A stretch of DNA of 64,000 bases from Leucoraja ocellata (taxonomy: Eukaryota): positions 1,364,001 through 1,428,000 of the forward strand of contig JAWMAR010000039.1 in NCBI GenBank assembly GCA_036785375.1, read 5' to 3'. This document shows, one piece after another, positions 38,887 to 50,040 of this stretch; position 1 is the stretch's first letter; the number at the start of each line of letters is the position of its first letter. The translations under genes were made by a program, and so were the position numbers. The notes beneath the pieces are model-generated. The model ran no database searches and was not told the origin of the DNA. It saw only the letters and a list, made by a program, of their open reading frames with translations.

Positions 38887-40882
38887 TAAGCTGGCACTCT
38901 GCTGTTCTTTCTGAATGAAATCGCCTCCTTTCAAATCCTAACGAAAGCTTCAGAGTTCTGAAGCTTGCTAGCTGAAGTTTATCCATGGTTTTAGATTTCA
39001 CACAACCCACGATTTTGGCCTTCAATAGCAGCATAGATGGTGTTTTATTTTTCCTGGCAGGCATTACCCTGTAACGATTATAGTGGCTACAGTCGTTCAC
39101 AGATCGCAACAAACTTCAGCAGAGAAGTTGAGCATAGCACCGTGGTCTGTAGTGTTACCTTTCCCTTATTCAAGCCCCTGTCCCATTACCTCTGCCATGG
39201 TTACCTATATTACTGATTATTACTTTCATAATGATTGATTATTATATATTTATTTGTGTTATTGCTTCAATGGGCCTGTAAAGCTGTCGCAAGTACGAAT
39301 TTAATTGTTCCCATTGCTGGTACATATGATAGTTAAACAATTTTAGCTCTTAAAAAGAGTGTTTTCAGTAAATGCCTCACTGGATGAAAACCTTCAACTC
39401 CACAGACGCTGCCTGATCTGCTGAGTGTTTCCAGTATTTTCTGTTTTATTTCAGATTCTTATCATCAGCAATTGTTTTGAGACCGATCTTTCTTTGTCCC
39501 AAGTCAGGACTTGATGGTGGACACTGACTTATGGACATTTCCCACCTCAATAAACGGGGTATGTTTAACTTGACAGGATAACAATCATTTCAAATAAAAA
39601 GTCTAGCGTAATCTTTCCTCTATTGGCACTGTGGATACCTGTGATAAATTTAAAATAAACTATATTCTAAAACACACAACTAATGGTTTAGTTCTTCAGT
39701 AGCGTGAAGGCTACAAACATGCATGAAGAAGCAACGTATCTATAAATAGGTCTCTCTGTGCTGCATTCTGTCCTCCTTAATGTGGCCCTGAATCAATGAG
39801 AAACACATGAGTTAGATGCAGTTCATCAGTGCTGGGGAACGGGAGAATGACGAGCCCACCAGAATGGATCAGAAGATACAGCTGCAACTGCACCCACCCC
39901 CACTGCACACAGGCCGTCATCCTGATCACTGCCCTGTTCCAAACTCATCTGCTTGCATCCCCACCTTGCCTCAGTGGCAACGAGGTGCTGTGTTGTGGTC
40001 AGCTACCTTGCCAAACAGCGAGCCAATGGAAATAAGAGCGGTGTGTGTGGGCTGATAGATGTGGAGCCAAACTACCTCTGGGAAGAATTAAAGCGAAGAA
40101 TAAAGAGAGTGAGTCACTTCACAGCAAAACGCCAGCATGTTTCTACAGCCACTTCTAGTGGAAGCGTTTGAGAGACAATGAAAGATTCTTCCCTTCCTCG
40201 TTTCCTGGAATTCAGAGCCAGGTCCCATTCATTCCCTTGACCTTTGATCACTCTTCCCATGAAAACATCCTCGTCGCTGTTCAATCCCTTCACACAGTGG
40301 AGGGAGATAATTAAATCACCGTTCTTGGACAAAATGTCTGATTTCACTGTTTTCTCCAACATGTACAAGTACTTCTTCAGTGGATGTGAGTAGGAATCAC
40401 TTCATGTTAATGAGTTTAGCTTTTGGTTGTAAACCAGAATTTTATTTGGTTTGTTGGCTGCTTCCTCCACTGCACATTATCTACGACCAGAAGAGAGAAT
40501 GCTCAGAGAAACTGCTTTCTGCCAGTGTAATCCGAGAATTGGTCGCTCTGAGATGCCCTGAGACCAGAGGTGACTATTTGTTCTGATTCGGAGTCCGAGT
40601 TGCCCATAATATCGTTCAATGGATTGAAGTCAAACTTCAGCACTCAGACCCAAACGCTTCCTCTTTCGGCAACAAACTCTGGAGTGTTCCCTTTTTGGAT
40701 GCCGGAACGTACTTTGCATCAATAGAAGTCTTGGAACTTTCTTTCAATACCTAGCATTGGTTTCTCACACAAACCAGCAGTGAACCAGGCTCCCTCAAAC
40801 TGGCACGTCAGGGTTTACTACTCCCTTACTTCAGAACAGGTGGGCCACCACAGAGAAGCAGTTCCAGTAGACCCAGGTAGAA

Positions 40883-41022
40883 CATGGCCGAATGGCCTCC
40901 TCCTGCACCTATTTTCTATGTTTCTATGGGTTATTGATAGGGGACAATCAGCCATGATCACAATGAATGGCGGTGCTGGTTCGAAGGGTCGAATGGCCTC
41001 CTCCTGCACCTATTTTCTATGT
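40883..41022 (+). mobile_element. Two tandem CR1 3' tails
   Basis: cgaatggcctcctcctgcacctattttctatgt occurs twice. Confidence 0.85.
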
Positions 41023-41549
41023 AACATAATGACAGAGGGCCTTGAACAACAGCCCTGGGCCAGCTTTGTCTGGAGGTGCAGTGCTGTCCCAATCTCAAGT
41101 ATTTGGTCATTAAATTCACATATAACCAGTTTGTTTTGGTGACTGTGCCAGTACAGTGTGCCAGTGCTTGGAAAACGTTAAACATTATTATTCTGGATGT
41201 CTGGTCCCGTGACATGTATGTTTATTAATGGTGCACACCAGCACCTTTTCGCCTACAAAAAAATACCGCTTATAAGGGACCCTTATCTCTTGCACCACAA
41301 AAACCTAACAAGATTTTAATTGTCTTTGTTGTCTTATTTTTCTATGGTCCCAATCCATTAGAGTTTTTGAAATGTGGTTTGTTCATATAGTTTGGAAGTT
41401 TAATTGACATTTGCAAAGTCCCACAACAGCAAATTGAAGACAATGTCAGTCTATGTTTTTGAATGACCTTTGAGGACTGCTCTGCTTTGAGGACTCTCCA
41501 AGGGTGCTTTACCATTGTTTTCCTGTGAACAAGAACCAAGCAAGCAGCT

Positions 41550-41815
41550 CATAGAGTCATGGAGTGATAGTGTGCAAACAGGCCCTTCGGCCCAACACCG
41601 GTCAACATGTCCCAGCTACACAAATCCCGCCTGCCTGCCATTGGTCTATATCCTTCTCAACCTATCCTATCCATGTACCTGACTAACAACAGTTTCTTAA
41701 ACGTTGGGATAGTCCCAGCCTCAACTACCTCCTCTGGCAGCTTGTTCCATACACCCACCACCCTTTATATGAAAAGATTTCCCCTCAGATTTGTATGAAA
41801 TCTTTTCCCCTTCTC
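41550..41815 (-). mobile_element. CR1/HER1 3' end
   Basis: Same family as 1730-2266. Confidence 0.9.
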
Positions 41816-43531
41816 CAACTGTTGTGCTTGTTGCTGCCTTGGGTAGATGGTTAAAGCAAAGGCCTGCGTGCAGATGAATGCACCATGTCCCAGGATCTGG
41901 GCAGTGCATGACGTAGGAACATTGGGGAACAGGAGAGTTGGCTGTGGGTGAAGTGGGATGAGTGGGTCAGGGTTGGAGGTTGGATAGTAGTGTGGTGCCA
42001 GATTTGACTGGCATCTAGAATCAAGGGGTGCAGAGTCATTTGCTACCAATTGAAAGGGAGGAAGTTCACAAGGGAAATGACACCAATTATCTGTATGATT
42101 GAATGATCATAAAAGCTGAAGATATCACAGCTCTAGTTCACTTGTGATTGATTAATTAACTAATCATTTAACCTCTGCTCCTGCAGCGCTGTGATTTCAG
42201 CAGTCAATATTAAGCTACACAAGTAATCAATTATTTTTCCCTTGAATTACTGCAGCTAATTAACCCTGCCACAAAGGTCTGTCTTGTTCAGCAGTCGCTG
42301 TATCAAATCTTCTTTTCTCCCCTTCTTTGCTGAACACGCTGATCACGACGCAGTTGTTACCCTGAGCACTGCCAAGGTTCCGGTCTCACATTGAGAGGAT
42401 ATTTTTCTCGAGTCGATATTCCAATCTGTGTTGGTGTCGCCACTTGAGGTTACAATAGCAACACTCGGGAAAGCCGGCCATGATGAATTGGAAGGTCATG
42501 CGAGGACTTGTTCACATCCAGCACACAGCTTCTGGCAGGAATCGTTGTCCTGTGGTCAAGAGCAGGGACCCGGGAGGATTTTTATCTCCTTCCGTTTTAT
42601 TTAGTGCGAATTATTCATGAATTCCAAAGATCTTGCTCCCAACTTCCTATCTCTGCCCCTTTGCAGATGTACTTGTCAGTCAGTGGGTCATTGTTGGCCA
42701 TTCAAGGCCGGGTTAGGAGCAGGGTTATGGGGAGGTGGAACCAGACAAACGGGTTGAGGCTGTCGTTTTCCTTTGCAATGTCAGAAATGTTCCTGTGACA
42801 CGATTTTTTTCCTGGCCTTTTTAAGCAAATTTGCTCAAGTGTTAACACAACAGAATCCTCGACTATGCGGTCCGTTTTGCTGCAACAGGCAGTTCATTAC
42901 GATGCTTCCTTAACCCTGCATGGACCGTCAGATTAAACTCTGGAACAGGAGGGACATTCGTGCCTACACGATTCGTGCAAGCAGCAAAGCATGTCTACAT
43001 CAAACTCACAGCAGAACCAAGGGAAGAGACAAACTTAACAAAACTTCTATTTGAAATAATTCAGCTCAATAACTTCCAACCCTCTCCTGTCAGTTTAGTT
43101 TCTGGTTTATTTTTTATTCAGTTTGCTATATTTAGTTTTGTTCAGAACGTCTCTCCTAAACTTCAGTGGATGGCTCTGTGTTTGCGTATATCCTCACAGT
43201 GTGGTAATCAAACTCTCCTGCTCAATGCAAAGTGACAGAACTATGAAACTCTTTCCCTTCATCTTCCACTCTCTTACCATCTTGTGGGTTTAAAAAAAAA
43301 ACCTATCAGACATCGCTGGCTTGATTTTCTTGCCTTGTTTTTCTCCCGACAACCTTCCTGATGATGTCTGTTGATTGGTGATTGGACATAACTTCTGAGT
43401 TTCACAGCGTGACATTTCACAACTTAATCATTGTTTTCCTCATTTATTCCCGGGATATCGCCTCTGAATTTTGGATGTACATATGCATCAACTGCATTGG
43501 TTGAGCTGTTAACACACATGGGATGTAATAA

Positions 43532-43737
43532 TGGGCCTGTCCCACTTAGGCGACTGCCAGGGACTAGTTTTAATGGAATTCACCTACGACACCTGGCGAC
43601 AACCTACGACAGCACCAACGACAACCTACGACAGTAAAAATTGTCCCCACTGTTGCCAAAACATTTTTCAACATGTTGAAAATATTGCGCCAGTTGCCTG
43701 TAGTCGCCTACAAATTCGCCGAAGTGGGACAGGCCCA
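43532..43737. mobile_element. MITE, PIF/Harbinger-like
   Basis: Perfect 16-bp TIR tgggcctgtcccactt/aagtgggacaggccca, flanks taa/tac, internal acctacgaca repeats and palindrome ttttcaacatgttgaaaa. Confidence 0.88.
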
Positions 43738-43784
43738 TACGGAATCATAGATGGGACAAACTGGCTGAGGATGGCAGTATTTTT

Positions 43785-44130
43785 TTTCAAGAGTCAACAG
43801 TGTTTTATTGTCATATGTCCCAAATAGAACAATGAGATTCTTACTTGCCTCAGCACAACGGAATATGTAAACATAGTACTCTGTAAACAATAAACAATAA
43901 ACAAATAAATAATAAACGTGAAAAAAAAGTTCAATGTATGTATGTATATACACACACTGATATTTTTTTCTGATGTCCTGCTTATAAATTAAAAAAATAT
44001 ATATATATAATCATATACACACATATACATACATATACATGTACATACACATACTTATACGTAAACAAACAATAATAGTGCAAAGAGACATAACCAATGC
44101 CCCCAAGTCTATGTAGTTCAGAATTTAGTT
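43785..44130 (-). mobile_element. LINE 3' tail (Rex/Babar-like) with AT/TACA low-complexity
   Basis: caagagt...tttattgtcatatgtccc...acaatgagattcttacttgc..cagcacaac; same family at 14377-14460 and 31806-31870. Confidence 0.65.
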
Positions 44131-45229
44131 TCCCTTAAGAAATGGATTTTCACAAAAATCATGTTACTATTGAATCAAAATCAGATTTATTTAATGGCTT
44201 GCATTTGAATTCCCTAGGTGCTGAAATAAGTGAACACTTATGCCTGGGTCAGTGGTGCAAGCTTCTCATTGCGAGTCCAGTAACTTAATCAGCATGCACT
44301 CTTATTTAATGGAATGCACATGGACCCTGCACAAGATGTGCACAGTTTCTCTGAAGATGCCAGTTTTCCTTTGCAGTGACATGAACTAACGGGAGGTGAC
44401 ATGGGAAGGCCGTGGACGGGTAAAGTCGTGGGTCAGTGCAGAGGATGGGGTGCACTGAAGTTGACCTGCAGCACATCAGGAATCAGCTGCCATGTTCAGT
44501 ACTTGAGGCCAGGAGCCGTTCCATCCAAGTGATCAGCAGATCTCCGACTGGACTGCTAATTAAACAATGTTCTTTGTGTTGAGTGCTCAAGCCTTCAACA
44601 CAGTTCATTGACATTTGTATGGGGGGGGGGGATCTGTGTGGAAAGAGGGGGGGGGGATTATGAAAGAATAATGTGAAAAATAGTTGCACAACCATAGCAA
44701 TAACTGAGAACAGATGCCAATGTCAAAGGCAATATTCTGGTGTCGAATGTAGATTTTTGTAGTTCATATGTACTGAGTAACATTTAGCTCAGCTCTGTGC
44801 AGTAATTCTCTCCAAACACTGCTGACCTTTATGTGTGCATTTAATATAATTTCAATCGATGTATTTCTTTGGAACCTACATCGCTGATGTATGAACTCGA
44901 GGAAGTCCATGTTGTAACAGGTCTGAACTTCCATCCTCACAGACAACGAAACACGACCATCTGCTTGCATCTTTTATACCGTTCAATGTGATCCGGAATA
45001 TCCCTGGAGCCGGTTGTCTGAAGATGTTCGTGAGAGACCCGAGGCATTAATTGGTTAACCAGTCATTACTTCATTGAGTGTTCTTTCCACACAGATCGCC
45101 TGGCATATTCCCCCATGGTTTGAAGGAATGCAGCAGCATTGAAAGGTTCTCTCTGGAGAGGGTGATTACTGATGTCAGGCAGACCTCTGCCACATCATCC
45201 TATTGTACAGTGGAACCTGATAGGTCCTC

Positions 45230-45545
45230 TGGTCCTCCTCCTGACAGGCTGTGGTTATGCCGGGGCAGGAATGTGACAACTGTGGGGTATTGTCTCAGGA
45301 TAAAAGGATAGCCATTTAGGACTGAGACAAGGAGAGATGTCTTTGCACAGAGGGTTGTGAATCATTGGCATCCTGTGCCTCGCAGGCTGCAAGTGTTCAG
45401 CCGGTGAGAATATTTATGGTTGAGATTAATGGATTTTTAAACAATTTTGGAATTAAAAGATATGGGAGTCTGGTGTGAAAGTGGACCTGGGACACAGAGA
45501 CAGTCATGTTTTGTTGACCAGGGATAACATCGAGGGCTGTGCCTT
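45230..45545 (+). mobile_element. CR1 3' fragment, old
   Basis: ctcaggataaaagg...tttaggactgagacaaggagagatgtctttgcacagagggttgtgaatc. Confidence 0.7.
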
Positions 45546-45604
45546 ATCTTATTGTGCAGTTTACTGTAGGTGTTTGTACTGATTATCCAGATATGTCTGC
45601 ATTT

Positions 45605-46050
45605 ATAAGTTCATAAGGCATAGGAGCAGAATTTGGCCATTCGGCCCATCGAGTCTAGCCCACCATTCAATTATGGCTGATCTATCATTCCCTTTCAACC
45701 CCATACTCCTTCCTTCTCCCCATAACCCCTGACACCCTTACTAATCAAGAATTTGTCAATCTCAACTTTAAAAACACTTACTGATGGCCTCCACAGCTAT
45801 CTGTGGCAATGAATTTCACTGATTCACCACCCTTTGACTAAAATTCCTCCTCATCTCCTTTATAAATGTAAGTTCTTTTATTCTGAGGCTGTGTCCTCTG
45901 ATCCTAGACTCTCCCACTAGCGGAAACATCCTCGCCACATCTCATTATTCTTGTAACCTTCCTTTGGACCCTCACCAACACCAGCACATCCCTCCTTAGA
46001 CATGGGGCCCAAAACCGTTCACAATACTCCAAATGCAGTCTAACCAATGC
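45605..46050 (-). mobile_element. CR1 3' end
   Basis: Minus ORF ALVRLHLEYCERFWAPCLRRDVLVLVRVQRKVTR plus tail; another tail at 46110-46245. Confidence 0.88.
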
Positions 46051-46574
46051 CTCAGCATGCTTTGATTCTGCCCTGAGAGTGTATGTGGGCCACATTGACA
46101 AGATGATGATCATAAGAGATAGCAGTAGAATTAGGCCATTTGGCCCATTATGTCTACTTCGCCATTCTCCGCTGATCTATCTCACCCTCCTAACCCCATT
46201 CTCCTGCCTTCTCCCAGTAACCTCTGACACCCGTATTAATCAAGAATTATATGTGATGACATATAACCGAGGACGTCGCAGAGTTAGGGCAGGTGGAGTT
46301 GACGATCATCTGGGTCAACTTGGATCGTGGAAACCAGAGTGGTGAACGACTGTAAATATAACAGCGCAGTCAGTAACTAGCCCTGAGCAACACTGGCAGC
46401 TGGCACATTGACAAAGTGTTTGGCCGTTTTGACAAGAAGCCTGAATTATATTTAACTGAATAGCAAATCGAATATGTTCAAATGTCCACTTTTTGAACAT
46501 ACAACCTGTATGTAATGGTCCCCTGGCGATCTTATTTAACAGCACGATATTTTGTTATTTTAGTGAGTAGGTTG

Positions 46575-46860
46575 GTATTAGTTTATTATTGTCATGTGTA
46601 TTGAGATACAGTGAATAGCTTTCTGCATGCCATCCAGTCAAATCAAATCATACTGTACATCAGTAGAACAAGTAGTGCAAAGAGAAGAATACCAGAGTGT
46701 AGAATATAGTGTTACAGCATCGTAGTGTTACAGATACATTACGTCCGCAAAGAGGTAGGTTGGAAGATGGTGGATACACGAGGGAGGACTGCACAGTCCT
46801 CTGATAACAGTTGGGAAGAAGCTGTCCCTGAATCTGGTGGTACGTGCATTTTGTATCTTG
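46575..46860 (-). mobile_element. Rex/Babar-type LINE 3' end
   Basis: gtttattattgtc...gatacagtgaa...ctgataacagttgggaagaagctgtccctgaatctggtggtacgtgc. Confidence 0.7.
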
Positions 46861-47869
46861 TTATTGTAGGACCAACTTATTTACATGCTCTTCGGACAGC
46901 AGTCCCAGCAGAAGGAATGATTTTCTACAGTGCTTACTTTCACATTGCTGCTGGTGAATTAAACATTTCTTATTTGCCAAGAGCACATATCACTTTCACA
47001 ATCGTTGCTGAGGCATCAATGTCGAGGTGAATTGTTCTCTTGGCTGAGTTATCTTGGGAAGATTTTAGGTTAATGTGTTGTTGCCCCTCCAGGATTTCAC
47101 ACAATGGGACAATGATGATCATTTACTGACAAGAGTGTTTGATTTCTCCGAGGATTTAATGTGTACGCTCTCTGGAGTTTCTCACAAGTTGTGCCTGGCC
47201 AGCTGAGATGTGCTAAAATTATGATGACTGTGAGAATTATTAGGACAGCCAAGTGTCGGTGCGTAGGATATAATGCTGTACAGCCAATGCAGTTCTTGGG
47301 TGATGGATGGTTTTAACATGAACTGCAACACCTTGATTTTAACAAAGGCCATCATAGGTCACACTCATCCTTCAAAGTCAAGTATGAGAAATGTTCGTGT
47401 ATTTACGTGTAACGGCAAGCCCTCGACAGCCTGATCTTTCCTGCACTTGGTGAAATGGACGTACATTTGAGGGTCCCCACACACAGTGGAGGTATCCGGT
47501 GGTGTCAGGCATTGGGATCTGGTATTCTGAAATTGTAAATTGTGAACCTTTGTAGGGTCCTGTCGACCGAATAGTTTCAACGTGATGCAAGCAAGAGTCT
47601 TCGTCAGGGACCAACCATGGAGCTGGTAGTAAAATATTGTAAAATTAGGACGATGTTTCTGTTCTGCAGACAGAGAAAGAAAGGTGATTATATTTTGTGA
47701 CTCAAGGCAATGTTTGAGAAAGAGCGAACCTTTGAGAAAGAACAGACTATTTTAACATGGGTAGCCACTCATTAATTGCTGTAAATTTCAACATCTTTTT
47801 AATTGTTTCGTGAGATTAGAGCATTGTTGAAGAAGCCACTATTTATTGACTATTCCTTACTACTGCTAC

Positions 47870-48150
47870 CAACAAACCCACATCCCTTGCTGAACTTGTC
47901 CTTGTATTAAACTTCTCCTTCAACTCCGCTTACTCCAGATAGAGGTTCAACTGTCCATTCAATAATCGCATCATTTCACTCTATCACAGACACTCCCTTT
48001 GTTAGCACTGCTGTCCGCTCCCATCCTCTCCACTAGCTTTCACTCTCCCTCCGTTCTGATGAAGAGTCTTTGGTTTGAAACATTAACGCTTTGCATGGAA
48101 GCTGCCTGACCTGCTGAGCTTTTCCAGCATTTTCAGTTTTTTTATTTCGG
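47870..48150 (+). mobile_element. Degenerate Penelope-like element: RT remnant plus 3' hammerhead repeat
   Basis: 47886-47927 reads LAELVLVLNFSFNS (Penelope RT LAELVLTLNNFSF-like); hammerhead motif at 48052-48088. Confidence 0.6.
48052..48088 (+). ncRNA. Minimal type-I hammerhead ribozyme motif (degenerate stem II)
   Basis: cgtt-CTGATGA-agagtctttggttt-GAAA-c-att-aacg; stem I cgtt/aacg pairs fully. Confidence 0.55.
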
Positions 48151-48381
48151 TGAGAATTTCTTCGTGAACCACTAAAGTCTGTTTTGTGAAAATAAACAAA
48201 ATATAGCCGATGCTGTAAATCTGAAATAAAAACAGAAAACGCTGGAAACACTCTACAGGTCAGGCAGCATTCGTGTGAAGAGAAGCAGAATGAATGTTTC
48301 AGGTTGAAGAACATTCTCTGCCACCTTCATCACAACTTTCACCCACTCGTTTTCAAACAAGACACAATGCTGAGGAACTTG

Positions 48382-48512
48382 TATAAGAAGGAGCTGCAGA
48401 TGCTGGAAAATCGAAGGTAAACAAAAATGCTGGAGAAACTCAGCGGGTGAGGCAGCATTTATGGGGCGAGGGATATAGGCGACGATTAGGGTCGAGACCC
48501 TTCTTCAGAACC
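48382..48512 (-). mobile_element. Penelope-derived hammerhead-motif repeat with 15-bp TSD
   Basis: Flanked by atgctgaggaacttg at 48367-48381 and 48513-48527. Confidence 0.9.
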
Positions 48513-49685
48513 ATGCTGAGGAACTTGGTTCTTTCCCAGTCCCCACAGAGGGTCTCTCTTTCCACCCTATGGTGATGCATTTCTTGGCATTATAGGAAGG
48601 GGTGCATCACTGAGTTCAGGATTGTAGAGAAACCAGTTCCAATTCATCACATGACAGGGTGCAAAGCCCAATTCCTTCTTACCATCCAATGTACAGTATG
48701 TACAAATTCTAAGAAGACTCTGTAATCTCAATATGTTCCAAAAGCGAAAGTCTAACCCAAGTAATAAAGTTTTGGCAGTAAATGAAAATAATAAAACTGC
48801 AGATGCTGGAAATCTGAAAATAACCAGAAAAACCCCAGTCATGTCACTATAGAAATAAACTGCTACAGATGCTGGAAATCCAAACACAGACAAGGCCAGG
48901 CACATTAATGGACAGAAACACACCTCTGAAATCACCACCTGTATGTGACCATTTTTGTTGTCCACATGATTGGCCTGTTGACCATTCCAGCATTGTTTTA
49001 TTTGGTGAGGAGGTAATGCAGTAATTCTACTGCCAGTCGTACCTGGAGATCATGATATATTAGATATGATTTGTATGTAATTACCCTCCACACGTTATCT
49101 TTTTTTTCTGGAGCTCTAGTTTTATTGGGAAGGGCCATTGTAACGTTTCCACCACTGTTTAAATAAACTCTGCTCGAAGGAAATTGACTCTTGGTCTTTA
49201 TCCCATTGTTGGTTTGCTGCTAGTTCACTGAAAGAGCTGCAGTGGATCAAACAAATCCAGTACCTTCTCAGAGCAATTGGAAGGATCGATAAATCAGGCT
49301 GTACCACGTTATGAGCAATGATTTTGAAGAACTTTCCATGGCCTAAGTGTAAACTGCTGAAACTGGTGGAGCTGAGCAGAAGGATGCGACATTTGGATTG
49401 CAGGATTTGTTGTGAGAGAATTTTTATTAAACCAGTGGATGCATGTTCATTTTTAACAAGACCGTGTACCATCTCGACACAATGACAAGTGGATTGATTT
49501 GTCCAAAGTGAATGTTTGCCTTTACCGCTGCTCCTTCTGAGTCTTCATCAGTCAGTCTCCAGTTCCTCGAAGATTTTTACACGCTTTTATTCTTTCAATA
49601 TTTTCAAAGGTGACAGAATTCAACCTTTTCATTTCCCTAAATATCAAATGCAACTAGAACGTAATTGCTATCTATTCTCAATGTG

Positions 49686-50040
49686 ATTAGATTAGATTAG
49701 ATTCAACTTTATTATGATTGCACAAATACGAGTATAGGTACAACGAAATGCAGTTTAGCATCTAATCAGAGTGCAAAGTAGTAAAATACTGGTTAAAACA
49801 ATATGTACAATGTGGGTAAATTAATCTAGTACATAGGCAAATAAATATATACAGATAAAAGGATATAAAAGATAGCTAGCGTCGGGCCTGTGAGTTCAGC
49901 AGGGTAATGGTATTTTGGAAGAAGCTGTTCCTCCGCCTGCTGGTGCGAGACCTGAGACTCCTGTACCGCCTCCCTGATGGGAGGAGGGCAAATATTCCAT
50001 GGTTGGGGTGTGAGGAGTCCTTGGTGATACTGTCGTTGTT
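49686..50040 (-). mobile_element. Rex/Babar-type LINE 3' end
   Basis: Minus ORF DSSHPNHGIFALLPSGRRYRSLRSRTSRRRNSFFQNTITLLNS and an (atcta)n tail. Confidence 0.85.
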
